Shown here piece by piece: positions 22,990 to 36,515 of a DNA stretch of 64,000 nucleotides. Made by a program: the position numbers and the translations under genes. Position 1 is the first letter of the stretch. Each line of letters starts with the position of its first letter. The DNA is from Entomortierella parvispora E1425 (lineage: Eukaryota; Fungi; Mortierellomycota): positions 1,364,001 to 1,428,000 of the forward strand of contig BQFW01000005.1 in the NCBI GenBank assembly GCA_020891255.1. Reading direction: 5' to 3'. The notes below the pieces were generated by a model. That model saw only the letters and a program-made list of their open reading frames with translations, did not search any database and was not told where the DNA came from.

Positions 22990-24361
22990 CTGCTCTTTCT
23001 TTACTAATTACGTCGCCATTATAACAGGCGCACATCGACCTCAGGGCTTGGACGAAGACACCCAGGCTGTCATGATGACCGACTTCGCAGGATCAGGATA
23101 TATGACTCAAGAGTTATTTCAGGAGTGGCTCGATGTATTTGATGCCGATATGAAAGAACAAGGCCGCAAGATTGTTCTGCTCATGGACAATGCCCCAGGA
23201 CATGGCAAGCTTGAGCAATACCATCTCACGAATATAACCATTGTCTTTCTGCCGCCCAAAACAACATCGGTAGCCCAACCGTTGGATGCTGGGATTATCC
23301 GATCCTATAAGACGAAATATACCCGCCATATGATACGTGTTACGGCCAATTACCGAGGTTCCAATGGCCTGCAATCCACGGTCGTGAAGTATTGGCCTTG
23401 CTTGGTTAAGGCGTGGGATGATGTTACAAAGACAACCATCCGCAACTGCTTTGCCCACGTTCCCACTATACCTCCTGAACTGAGGTCCGAGCTTCGAACT
23501 ACACAGGAGGATGACATCGACAAGGAGATGGAGCAGCTGAAGCAGGAGCTGATGAAACTATACCCGGCGGGGGATGCGGCCATTCAAATGCAAAAAGATT
23601 ATGGTGTACTCACATATCTCAAGAGTTGTGAGGGAGATGGCCCTACCCAAGGTCTGATGGATGCAATCAAGCAAGTCTCAAGGATGGAGGAGTATAAAGA
23701 TCAGTTTTACTCTCCAGAGGAGCTGACGGTGGTAGAAGAGGATCAATTGGATGATGAGAGCGACCCCCTTGACCTCGATTACTTTCCATCGTGCGCGCCC
23801 CGTCCTTGTCGCTGAGCAAACTCGTATTCTGGATTGCAGATCTGGTCCCATCGTGGTGGAGCTTCCGCTTAATGTTGCCTCCTCTCAAGAAACCACGGCC
23901 TCTCAATGGTCCCACTCATCGCAAGAGCCTCAGGATTACATCGATGTCGACGATATGGATGCCGTGTGTGACGATCCGAATGATAGTGAACTTGCGCTTC
24001 ACTCCAACTCGTCTGATGAGTCGACCATATCGCCCCAGCCCGTTGTTGAAAGCGGGGAACCGATATGGGACGAGCTGCAGGTTAGCTATGAAAACCTCCG
24101 CGAGAGCTTTCTTGCTTTCTCCTCGCGATGCTGTTCATCGACCGCGAGAGAAGGGCCTCATATCCTAGGTTTGACCAAGCACTTCGACCTCATAGCTGAC
24201 ATGCTCGACCTGACCTGCGCCGATGGCGAATAAAATCCTTTGCTGCCATTGGCTGAATGACCAAAAATTAAGTTCGTATATATTTGATTGAATTAAATCG
24301 ACCATAGAATAGAGATATTCGAAGTTATTTCAAAAATTGAAACAACTTCGAATTTGCACTG
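21665..24361 (+). mobile_element. Complete pogo/Tigger-type DNA transposon
   Basis: TA target duplication (21663-4, 24362-3) and about 117-bp nearly identical TIRs starting CAGTGCAAATTCGAAG. Confidence 0.96.
21882..23815 (+). CDS. pogo/CENP-B-like transposase (HTH + DDE_1), 3 exons; may extend to 24233
   Basis: FSPGWLANFKKRFNI (CENP-B HTH), YNCDETGL, LLMDNAPGH, QPLDAGII (DD32D). GT-AG introns at about 22422-22503 and 22917-23027. Confidence 0.9.
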
Positions 24362-25010
24362 TAGAACGTGGGGGTCGACCAAACACAACAGCCTTGAATG
24401 CTGCTCACCAACGACAGCCCAGTTGTCCACACTGGGCGAATGGGGCAAAAGGCAATTCCAAATATGCACAATGATGTCTTTCGATTTTTAATTTTTCGAT
24501 CCTTCTTTGTCCAGCTCTCGCCCTTTACCGCTACTGGACAGAGTTCCACCCATAATCCAGGATCTGCAGTATGAATGTACAAAACAGTGGCAGACAACAG
24601 CATTCAAGTGCAGACTACTTGCCATCCCTCCCTCCTCTCCAAGAGAACGCTCACTTGTTCTTCTGGTCGCTCAATAAGGTTCCCATCGTGACCCCTGCAG
24701 ATAAATTCTGCTTTTTTTTTTTCAGAAACCTTACTTGGCGACCAACCCTTCCGGAGGGGTTGAGCCCGAAAAGGTAGGAAGTCAGGCACACCTCGCCCCG
24801 GGATGGTAACTACATTGTCCAATTGAAATGGCCGTGAAGGTCGTGTGGCCCATGAGGGATATAAAAAGGAAGACCATTTGATTCTCAAGATACCTCTTCC
24901 TTGTTGCCTCTACTTCACCATCTCTTTAGACCATCATACCCATCAAGTTACTTCACATATAATAATCGCCTCTTCACCACCTCCACCCAAGACACATTCG
25001 CTCACCAGCC

Positions 25011-25367
25011 ATGAATTCCACAAACATCACCCTCCCCTACGTCTGCAGAGAGGTTTTCCAGCCCAACAACGTCACTTCCTGTTTCCGCTTCAACGATGTC
25101 AAGACGTGCACGCAAGCATGCCAAGCCAGCGATCTGAACTCCATCTGCGTCACCTCCAGTCCTGGCATGATCAATGTCGTAGGAGGATCCAAAAATCTCA
25201 ACTGGACAGCCACGCCATTTCCCTGCACCGTGGAGAGCTGCCCCACTATGGGCGATGTCACCAATAGTAGTGCAGCCACCAAGGCATCCATCATTACTGA
25301 AAAGTCCTTGACCCTCTCGAGCGCTCTCATCCTCGTCCTGCTTGTTTCCCAAATGGTCCTCTGTTAA
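25011..25367 (+). CDS. Small Cys-rich protein with hydrophobic C-terminal (GPI/tail-anchor-like) segment
   Basis: 118 aa, 8 Cys, NSSAA followed by a hydrophobic tail, several N-x-S/T sequons, TATA-like tataaaa near 24860. Confidence 0.6.
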   Translation: MNSTNITLPYVCREVFQPNNVTSCFRFNDVKTCTQACQASDLNSICVTSSPGMINVVGGSKNLNWTATPFPCTVESCPTMGDVTNSSAATKASIITEKSLTLSSALILVLLVSQMVLC

Positions 25368-26257
25368 ACTTTTGTTTGACAAAGGGGAAAGAAAAACCGT
25401 TTTTTTTTTCCCTCTCATTTCTTCTCCACCGCCTCATTTTATACCTTGTCCCCCCTTTCCGTGTAAAATATCTATAGACTGAAATATCTTGATCTACGAA
25501 TAATAGTCTATTGTAACAGCAAACAGCCTGGTCTACGAAAACCAGTGCGCCTTCAAAATCAAAAAAAGTGACTTGTGAGAAGGAGTACGATTTTTCAATA
25601 AACATTGTTAATCTCACTCGAGAAAGACCACCCCCTGGGAGAACCAGCGTTTTTCATTGTGGGGATTTGGGTGGATGCAGTCGACGACAATACAGGAAGT
25701 CGAACTGACGGTCCATTCACAACCAAGTATCACTCTTAAAGGCTCTGCAAGATTTGATAGCCTGGAACGAACAACTTGATCCCCCCCGCTTCCAGGCAAT
25801 CAATCTTCAATGTCTGTTGAAGGAAAGGGTAAAGGCTACGTCATGGATAGAGGAGTCAGCTCTCATTCCGGGGCAAAGTGAGTATCGGTCCTCTGGATCC
25901 GACGGTGCATGACTTCAATGACTGGTATGAGAGGCAACTTGCGACATCGCTTGGGCTCCAGATGTTGGCTTGTGGCCCTTTCTTGGGTTTTAGCCTGACT
26001 CTCACGCAGTTTGAACGATTTGAAAGAAAAGCAAAGATTTTTTTTTTTTAAATGGATATAAGAGTGTACTACTATTAGGGTAACAGGTGGTTGGATATCA
26101 AAGCGGGTAGATGGTATGGCATTGAAGGACCTTGGGTCTCTTTCACTGTATAAGGCAAAGAACACAAACGTCTGACAGGAACAGGAACAACAATTGGAGG
26201 GAAAATCTTTTTTTTTATCGTATCGAAAAAGAGGATAGACGAACAATAAAAAGAAGG

Positions 26258-29200
26258 CTACAGGGAGTGTCCATAGACAGTTTCGGTTCCCTGGATCTGA
26301 CGATGGTGGTCAAGCGTCTTGATCATTCCCTTCAGTTGCGACTGTTGTTGCTGCTGCTGGCGTCCTCCAAGGACTCCGTACTTCAGGGGCATGGATCGCA
26401 TCATCGAATTCTCCACCAAGGTAATGTCCTCGTGAAGATCCAGCGAGTGATCGTCCTCATCCTCCTCCTCCACCTCCTCTTCTACCACAGTACCTCCGTT
26501 CAAGGTCGTATTGGTGCTTGTCAGGTTCGCCTGCGAATACCCCTGATACTTGTGCTCAATCTCGTCATCGCGATGAAGGACAGAGCCTGGGAACTGCTCG
26601 TACCCTGAGTTGGTCGCATTCGACAATGACTGGTGTTGCTGTTGTCCTCGATATTGTTGTTGCTGTCGTCGCTGTTGTTGTTGCTGCTGTTGCTGCTGCT
26701 GTTGTTGTTGACGAGTCGATTCCTGACCTGCGCGTCGCTGCTGCTGGCCACCACGGGGTCCGAATGCGCCACTGCCGCCGCCACCGTGATTCTCCACGTC
26801 ATCATCGTCACCATCTCGGCCGCCATAGTAAGGTGGTCTCTGGTGTCCCAGACCCGGCACCTCTTGAAGTGGCTGCTCCCAGCTCATATCTTCATCCGGG
26901 TAGGCCTGAGATGAGGGGGAGTCGTGTGGATGTTGCTGCATCTGGTTCTGCAAATGCTCAAGTTCGGTCTTGACTCCGCGCAGAATCATACGCTCCTGGC
27001 CATGATCGGCCTCGGATCGGGTCATACCCATCAGCTTGAGTTGGTCAACCTCATTGAACTGCTTCATCATCTTGATCTCCATGCCCATCTGCAGATCCTG
27101 TCGCATCGACGCGATCTCTTGAAGGGAATGAGTCCAGAGAGCTTTGTAGTGCTCCTTGTAGTTGTTGGAGAACGTAACATCGTACACAAGTTTACTGTTC
27201 TGGGCCTCCAACTCGGCGATCGTCTGGTGGAGCTGGTTGACGCTGTTCAAATCAATGTGAGCAGGATGATCATGACGGTACTGGTTAAACTCGGCCTCCA
27301 TCATCTGGTTCTGTCTCTGGAGAGCACGGAATCGATCCTGAAGCAAGAAATAATCCTGGGCGGAGGGGGTGCTGCCCAGGACAGGCTGTGCACCGCTAGA
27401 GGAAGAAGTGGTTGGCTGCATGTTCAAAGGCTGGTTCGGGTGATGGAAAGCGCCCTGCGAATATCCATGTCGATCCATAACCTTCTGGAAGTTGGCCTGC
27501 TGTCGCTGCAAAGCTTCCTCTGCACGCAACAGCTTGCGCTCGCGGAACTCAAGGGCGATGAGCTGCTTTTGGACTTGATAATCCAATGCCTTGAGATCTC
27601 TCATCTTTTGCTTGGCCTGTTGGGCGCTCATATCCTCACCGAGGGCCCCAGGAACAACGGCATCGTCCTCCTTGAGATGAGAGTCCATTGCGGTCTCTGG
27701 TCTGGCAGCGAGCTTCTCTGCTTGAAGGGTCTGCTGAAGAGAGTGGGGAAGGCTCGAGATGGGAGAACGACGCAAAAGATCGTACTCGACTTGACGGTTC
27801 AGCTCGGCTTGCTTCATGAGCTGCTGTTTCAACGCCATTTGATAATCCATGACAGGTTCATTCTTGCCTGAGGGGCTAGAAGGCTTGCCATAAGGATGAT
27901 GGTGGTGGGGATGGCTGTTCTGGTGTGTTTGAGACAAGTGACGGACCTGCGATCGACGTACAGAGGCTGGGCGTTGGCTTGAACGGTGGCCGCTGGGAGT
28001 AACAATGTGCTCCGAACGCTCCTGATCAGTGTAGCCCTCTGCAAAGTGCGAGGCTGCATGTGGCTGATGTCGATGTGCGTGGTCCTCCTCCTGTTCTACA
28101 GTAACAGCCTTGGCGTTGCCTCGTGGATAGAATCCATACTGAGGCTCCGGTCCACTAGTAGAAAGATCATCCGAGAGACCTCGAGAATGATGTAACTCCA
28201 TAGAGTGGACAGGTGTAGTGGATAGAATTTCACTCTGCTGGCTGTCAAAGTACTCTCCTAGGTCCTCCAGGGAGCACGCGAATTGTACCTCACCCACAGG
28301 CGTAATTCCATCCTCGCGGACAGCCACAAATGTAGACTGGATACGTTGAACACGGCCCTCGGTAGACGGGGATGAGCTCTCATCCAGGATGTCAATAAGA
28401 TGGATCTGTCCCGAGGCGTGTTGAACATTCTGGTGAGTATCTGGATGTTGACACCACACCTCAACCATCAACGGTGTCTTGAGCTGGTTTCGAAGTGCCG
28501 CGGGAGTCTGGCAAAGCTGGAAGGAGCGGCTGGAATCGGGCAGCGGTGTCTCTACCAGTCGAGAGACATTGACCGGTGGTTGCGTTGACTTTGGTCCAAA
28601 AGGTCGATAGTTGTATCGGAGCGAAACATTCGTCAAACTCCTGGAGAGAGACTTGAAGGAGTTGAGCTCGATCGAAAACTTGTAGTCGTGTCTTCTAGGG
28701 GATCGGGATGAAGTTGAGGAGCTTGTCATACGGCCATTATCGACTTCAATGGCTACTGGTCTTGTCGCCCTCCGGATGAGGCCGCTCTGGGAAGATCGTC
28801 GAATAGCAGGCGTACTAGGAACAGACAGGGTATTCAGATCACGGGTGACGTGCATGGCTACTTGGACAAGGGCCACCTCAGAAGGTGAGGAATCAGAGTT
28901 GTTCTCCGCAGACTCGAAAGGATAGTATTGGGGGCTTGCGTGGAACAGGTTGGCAGTGCCGTGCAAGAGAATAACGGCCAGTGGGATGGTGGCGGTACCA
29001 AGCAGATTCGCTCCGTGGCAGAGATGGATCACAAGCTGCTCACCGTCTCTGAAATGTTGGTACATTGACTCCATGGACGATTTAAGTCTCAGCGCGATCT
29101 CCTCAATTGGGGCTCCAGTCTCCTTGGTGCTAGTCAAGAACTGGGTTGCAACGTTGTTGCCAAGGAAGCTGTAGTATAGATAAAGACCTGGCTGCACGGA

Positions 29201-30072
29201 TGCAGTACTCCTTCCTTGCATGGCCGCATACCGCTCAATCGCCTGGTCCAAGTTCTTGGTCGTCTGGATTGTGATCGTGAAAATGAAGTAGTCACGGCCC
29301 AGACCCAACTGAAGGTACCCCTTGTCGTTGACGTCCGTAGGGATCATAGCCTCGCCAATGTCAACAGGAATGTCGATCTGCATCGATTCGTCACCCTCGT
29401 ACCCGGGAACCTCATCCTCGTCTTGATAGCTGTCCTCAACTTGGTGGTAAAATGACCGGTCGCCGACTGAGGGCACTTGGGCATCTTGATCGTCTTCATA
29501 ATCGTATTCGTTCTCCTCTTCAACATCCTCAAGGCCACCAGTCTCCGACTTCTCAAAGCGAGGAAACTGTTTGCTCACATGATCGACGTCCTCTGATCCA
29601 GAATGGGACTCAATACTGGTCAAGAGAGTATCAATTGTAGGGGTAACCTCGGAAATGCCATCGTCGATCGAGAATGCAATTTTGAGTTCTGGTTGCAGTC
29701 CGCGGAACCCTGTTGAATTGGATCCACTCAAGGCTTGCCAGCGCTCCTCAGCGGCATCGGCTTCAAAGGCTGTAGAGAGGTCGAGGATGATATGACCTAA
29801 GGATTCTTCTTCGTTGGTCTTTTGATTGACAGCGAAGCAGTTGAGCTTGAGAGAGGCCCGCTCGATACGGAGAATGTCTAGGACTTCAGCATCAAGGTCC
29901 CAGGCAAGCTCAGTATCCCAGATGGGGTACGGAGTTTGTTCCACGGGGTCGGTGCTGAGGACTTCGGGGTATGAGTGACTGTTTGTCTCCGCGTTGTCGA
30001 TAAAGAGCGCATCATTGAACTGGCACTGCACCAGCAGTTGGCAGTCGGGGTCTCGAAGGAAGTAGCGGCCTA
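26258..30072 (-). CDS. CEP120: CEP120 orthologue (three C2 domains + coiled coil); first exon upstream, not resolved
   Basis: STDPVEQT..P.WDTELAWDLD..L..LR..R..LKL.CFA (C2A), LYYSFLGNNV / LVIHLC (C2B), YKFSIEL..LRYNY.PFG (C2C), and HYKALWTHSLQEIASMRQ in the coiled coil match CEP120 motifs as I recall them. Confidence 0.85.
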
Positions 30073-33000
30073 TAAAGAAACAGTAAAGATAAATGTGATT
30101 GGTCAGTCTAATTGCCACCAAAATAACCTGGAAAGTCGACACGCGACAAAAAGGGGAACGCGCGATTCAAGCGTGTTTCCACGCGCCTTTCCCATGGTCC
30201 CTGACTGTTCTATCATCCTCTCTTTCTCCCTTGGCGTTTACTGTCCCAAGCCCTCCCCGACACCAATAGGCACAAAAATACAGTTTTGCTATGCATCAAT
30301 GCAATACGCGCACGGAGAGGCACTGCCGTCCACTCCGGAAAACCGTTCTCCTCTTCTTCCTCCTCCTTTTCTCCTCTCGTCTTCCCCCTTCTCTCCTTCT
30401 CTCCCCTCGACTCGCACTTGGATTATTCTTACTGCCCTTACTCCGATGACTTGGCCACCTGATATTGTTCCGTCGGAGACCCTTCATCCGCAATCACCCT
30501 GCTGCACCTGTATGCTGTTGCGTCGCAGTTTTTGACAGTTATGGTTGACGTAACAGTGGCGAGACTTTCAAGAAAAAAACTCATCGTACAACCCTCGAGA
30601 ACAAGAATTTGATTTGTGACCCAGGAACAGGAATGACAAGAGGGAATGATATAGTAACTGAGCGTGTTGTTGTTGTTGTTGTGTTGCCAGAAGCAAGGAT
30701 GTGGGAAAGGGAAAAATAATACAAAGGAGGATGGTAGGACGAACAGAGGGATCCGAGAGCAAAGTCTCCCCCATGCACTTCTAGGGATAACTTTTATGAG
30801 CTAAGCAGGGAGCTCGCTTTTTTTGTCGACTTGGAAAAAAGTCGAACATGCGCAGAGTGGCTTGAGACGAGGTAGGCAGCATAGTGTATTTGATAAAACT
30901 CACCTTCAACAATGGTTACCAGTATGGTATATCTAGGCGCAGGGCTGGCCATTTCCTTGTATTCGCGTGCTTGACCGGAAGCAGGTTAAATAAGGGGGAT
31001 ACGCGTGGGATCTGGTTGGGTCTTGAGAAATGAACTGTCGTCTGGAAGGGGAATAAAAAAGAGTCAAAGGGGTGGATTGGAGACGACAGAGGAGTAAGTA
31101 GGAGATATGAAGAAAGCAGCAGGGGAAAAAATTGGAATAACAAAAAAAAAACAAAAAAAGGGGGGATGGGGGGATGTTGCTGATGGAAATGGAAACAGAT
31201 TGGCGTGGAATCGGGTATAGATCAAGTCGATATTAAAGATGCAGTATAGAGTACAGATGAAACAAAAAGAATACAGAAAGACAGAGAAGGTAGAGAAGAA
31301 AGGGTGAATGAATGAACGGAAGAGAAGAGGAAGGACAGAAGGATGACTCAAGAAGAAAGAAAAGATGGATGAAGAAGGATGGAGAAGAGAAAATAAAAAA
31401 ATAAAAATAAAAAGGCGAATGAGCCATGGTCCCATGGTACCATGCACCCCTCGACCATGGCCTCCTGCACCCCCAAGCACCCCGACCACGAAAAAAAAAA
31501 AGAGAAACAAACAACAAAGAGTCAACAGCCCGTGACAGCGCAACAAACGGCGTATCCCTCGGGTGAGGTCAACAACCCCGCGGCGAACGTGGCAAGAGTC
31601 AGATCATTGTGCATGCATGGTATGCAACCTTGCCCTAGATGGCATGCACCATGGCACCTTTGTCCCATTCACCGCCGCCCTGGCACTGTGGAAATTCCCA
31701 GGCAGCTATTCTCTGTTCCTCCACACGCACGCCTACCATTCCACCCTTACTATCTTCTTTCCATGGGCCCGCCCAGAGGACACGTGGAGCGACTGTCGAG
31801 GATCTCAAAGAAGGAGAGCGCCTGTCTGTTTTCCAGTCGGCCCGCTTGGTCGGCCAGCGTGACCTCCGCCTGATCTCAGCCTTCCGGGTGAACAGAGTCC
31901 AGGACAGAAGGGTATGGCATGCATACACGCGAACTGGGGGGGAGAGGGGGATGCCCTTTCGGTGAGAAATTCCAGCTCATGGCATGGCACGGAAGAACAG
32001 GAGCGATGCATGGGTCGGGAGTGATAATTCCTCGGCTGATCCAGTTTTAACTGGACGGCGGAAGGACGAGATGGGACAAGGTCGCGATGATGGTAAGGAG
32101 GTTGGGAGGTGGGAGATGGGAGGAAGCCATCGATGTGGCAAGATACGTGGGGGATGTATGGTTGGCTTTTCCCGGCTGGAGAAAAGAAGAGAGCAAAAAA
32201 ACCATGCCCATGCAGAAATCCAGCCGCTGGTAAAGACGGGCCATGGGACCACGCGAAAAGGCAAAACAGAGCAATGGGCAGGGAAGAGCATGGTTTGTCG
32301 GGAAAAAGGACGTCCAAGAACGGAAACTGTAAAGGAACGAAAAACCAAAAAAAAAAAAAAAAAACAAACGAAAACAAAAAAGGAGCAGAACTGCGAATGG
32401 GGGAGAATGCGAGTCAGGGGTGGGCACAAAAGAAGGCTGAGAAAGAAGAGAAGGCGCAACCCGACAGGGCACAACAGGGATGAAACGAACAAGAGGCACC
32501 AACAAAGGCGGACACAGCCGCCGACGAGCGACGGGTGCAATTAACTTACTTGGACCTGAAAGAAGCGAGGACAGGCAGGGGTGCAGCTGGATGCGGTGCA
32601 GGTGCTTGCTGATTGGGCGTGTGGAAGGGCGAGAACTAGGGACTGAGGGCACAAACAAAAGGGACAGTGTTGTCGAGGGGTGCGTGCTGTGGTGGCGAGG
32701 ATGGTAGGCGAGGAAGGGAGATCGTTTCGGGAAGGTCGTTCAGCGGGAGGGTCGGGAAGTGGGCGAATGTATGTAGGTCGACGGGAATGCGTGCGTGCGT
32801 GCAGGAGGACAAGGGAGGAAAAAATATAAAAGGTCGTGGTTCCCTCACTTTTTTTTTTTTTCTTTTTTTTTTCTTTGTGGTTGTCTTTGGGGAATCTGAT
32901 CAAGGCGTGCGGAATGGGAGGTCGTTAAAGCAAAAAGAGATCAAGCGAGCTGTAATGGCAAGTTGAGGGGAGTGTCCTGTGGAAGGTGGATGGGGTCGTT

Positions 33001-34097
33001 ACAATGGGGTGCTAATGAGCAGAGTCGAGAAAGGTCGTTGCAAAATGAAATAAAGGTCGTCAAATGAGATCGTAAAAATGAATGAATGGGGAGGCAAAAT
33101 GGAGGAAGAGAGAGAGAATAAAAGGGACTGAGGGGATAATGGAAAGGGGAAGGGATGGAATGGATTGACAATGAAGTGGAGAAAGGGAGAAGAGACGAAA
33201 CAGAGCCGAGGCACTTAGGGAGAGGCCGCCAAGGACGGCCCAACAACAAGCACGAGCGAGCGACTGCCCAGTTGGATGTTGACATGATGAATTGGTAGCG
33301 ATATAATAAGAATCCCCAAATGAAACGGAGAGCACTTTGCTTCTCTCATACGCTGCACCCTCCAGTGGCAGCAGTGCGCCATCCCTGCCGCTGCCTTGAC
33401 CATGGTCAGAGACGTGAAACAGGGTACCCTCATGTTGGGTGTCATCTGCCCTAGGTCAAAAGGGGCAGGCACCAGCATGCGTGTAGATACACCTTCATGT
33501 CTCATGACAGCCGGCGAAGGGCTGCACCGCCTCGCCGTTGAAGACAAGGCTGTATTTATAGGGTCGCCTCTTGCCCCACCAGACTCAATTTCCTTACCCA
33601 GGGCTCTCGCTGTGTTGTCCTTCATTCATATTCATTCATATTCATTCATATTACGATACAAGAACATGCTCTCATCACCGAGCAATGTTTTTGTTTTTGT
33701 TTTTGTGTGATTTTTTCATTTCTCAGACTGGGCGTTGCACAACATTGAATAATAGAAGAGAACTATCCAGTGCATGCGGCCAAGAGATCGACAAAGCTCC
33801 AAAGGGGTCAAATCTAATAATCCAGTTAGCTACTCAGATCGCGGAACTTGCTCGACGCGTGCACCACATTGCTTTTTTTGACCGTGTTTCAAATGCAGGA
33901 CACGCGTTCAGCAGTAATTCCTGGAACGTCAGCTGCGACCCCTTGACTCTTTTTTTTTTTTTCTTTTTTTTTTAAATCCCTCCCTTAGTCCCTTAGGACA
34001 CCCGCAGCCAGTCTACACACATTGAGCACAAACAATCTTGGCCATTCTCGCAGAGTCAGTTTGAGAAGACAAGTAACTGCAGGAGTCGCGGTTTGTT

Positions 34098-35595
34098 TTA
34101 TTCGGCATTGCTAACAGCTGACATGAACGCGGCAATCTTTTCGTGTCCAGCCGAGATATCTTTGTAAGGGCAGATCTGTGGCACCATCAGAGAGTCATGC
34201 GAACGACCCACTCCAACCTCAAGTGTAATTTCAACTCCATCCCGCTGGGCCCTTTCGACAAAGGTCTCGATTGGTTGGCGGAAGATCTCTACCCCGCCAA
34301 CAAAGACAAGTGTTGGTGGCAATCCTGCAAGGGTAGTTGCGTTCAGAGGCGAGTAATGAGGACTGTTCAGATACTCTGGTTGAAGTTGCGTATAGTACTC
34401 TACGAATGCCTGACAACCAATTGGAGAAATGTAGTCGTAGAGAGAACATTCAAAAGGTTCATAGAAGCTCATGAACGGTGAAATGGAAATGATGCCTGCC
34501 GGAAGAGGGAAGCCTGGGAGTGTGTCACGAATCTTAATAGCAATGGTAATTGCAAGATTGGCACCCGCAGAGTCGCCACCTGGAAAGGTTGGTTTACAAC
34601 ACGCTGCTGTTAGCAAAGATGTCCTTAGTTATTCGTATCGAAAACGGTCAGGAAACTTACCAAAGAAAATGTTTTTGGGATCGAGTTGGTGCAGCCCCAC
34701 CAGGTCTTTGTACGCAGCAATGCATTCGTCCAAAGCCCCAGGGAACGGTGTTTCGGGGGAAAGACTGTATTCCATCGACAGGAACCCAATCTTGATCTTG
34801 TGGGTATCGTAGGCCGTTGTCATCCAACGACGAAAGATATCGAGGTACATGCGGGCATTCCCGTCCATGAACCCACCTCCGTGTGTGAACAAGATCACCT
34901 TGTCACATCCTTGACCAATCTTTTGAGCCGAGTTTGTAACAAACTCGACCTTGTCTGCTGCAGAGGGTCCATCAGGGCCATGGTTTTGGTAAGGCACCCA
35001 AAAGCCCTTCCAAGTCTTTGCGGGAGGAGTGGGCTCTGCGGCAGGTGTCTCGCCCACAACCTGAACCAAGTTTGTCGATTGCTCAACCGTGCCACCCAAT
35101 CCATCTCCGCCAACCCAGATACCAATAGCAGCCTTTTCCTTCTCTGATCGGACGCCAGACTCCGAGTCCATAATCCAGATTCCAAGTCTCATAAATGCCC
35201 TCGCTTGATGGACGTTCAGATATTCTTCTGCGGGCTGCAGCATTGCCACTCCACATCCGACGCTATATGACTGGCCTTTAGGTGACTTTCCAACAATATA
35301 ATGTCCTGTGTATTTCAACACTCTCCCCGCTTATTACACCAAAAGAAAGAGTTAGCCACTACCCCCTCTGAAACGAAGCATCCCAAAACAACGGCGGCTA
35401 TATCCATACCAATCAAGAAGAATAGACGCGTGTACGCCAACGAGTTTCTAAGGAATATGTATCCGAGAATGTCAGCAATTCGAATTTCGAACGATTGTAT
35501 TTCGGGAGAGAAGTGTGTTGCAGTACTGTATGTAGGGCAGTAGAACTTAGAACTTTACGGGAGAGTGCGTGGCCTCTTGCGCTGAGAAAAGACAT
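34098..35595 (-). CDS. Hormone-sensitive-lipase-type alpha/beta hydrolase, multi-exon
   Basis: HGGGF oxyanion motif, GDSAG nucleophile (split by an intron), LPPTLV..GG.E.F and C-terminal H. The 5' exons are approximate. Confidence 0.9.
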
Positions 35596-35732
35596 GGAGC
35601 AATTGACGTTGAGACTCGGGGATTTCAACAGACATCTTTTACGATAAGAATGGGGCGTGAGATGAAAGACAATAGAAAGGAGAGGGAGAGAGGGAGAGGA
35701 GGGAGGAGAGAGAAGAGAGGGAGAAGAGAAAT

Positions 35733-35734
<2 letters not shown>

Positions 35735-35789
<55 letters not shown>
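35735..35789 (+). repeat. (GA)n microsatellite
   Basis: Direct reading. Confidence 0.97.
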
Positions 35790-35797
<8 letters not shown>

Positions 35798-36515
35798 CAG
35801 AGGGAAGGAGAAAAACAGGGAAAACGAGCCCAGCAAGAGCCAGCGAATTGATGAGCGGTGATTCTTCCGTGAGCAGGACAGGTCAACAGCACCCACGCAT
35901 GGAAGAAGGGAAGATTTCTTAGTCAACCAGGGCAATGTTGTTGTGATGGGACTGCGACTGCACCTGTGTGTTCCGTGCAGCAGCACATGGGCCAGTTGTG
36001 GCGCGTCCACTTTTTCTTCCTTTCGCTGTGGGTGAGTGTTGCACAATAACTAGAGTCCAAGCATCCACACCCCATGCAACAATAGCGACTGGGCATGATA
36101 CAATATCAGGAGGTGGCAGAGTTATATAGTCCACAATACACACGAACTTGCGGGTTCATGCATGACTCTTTTCTTCCCAATCGCAGTGGCATCCCCCTTT
36201 GACGCATATACCTTTCTTTAACGCACTCACCCTTCTTGCCTTCCACTGGTAATCTCCGACTGGCAACTTGTCCTTCACTATTGGAACAGCCCAACTATGC
36301 CCACCTCTCTCCGCCCGCCTTGACTTATATGATCATCTCCATCCCTCCTCTCAGCTTTAATTTTCAGAAGAGAATAAAGAACTCCTTCCCCAGAGCGACC
36401 AGATTGTTGGCAATAAAAGACGACAGCATTATTAATTAATGATCCAGTGTCAAGCCTCTCTCTTCAAAACAATCAAACCAATGCAAAGGCATGTCGAAAG
36501 GGAATAATTCAACAC

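Noticed and set aside
30073-30200. ATG at about 30195 as the CEP120 first exon
   Set aside because: The splice phase does not join the downstream exon in that frame, so the start is left unresolved.
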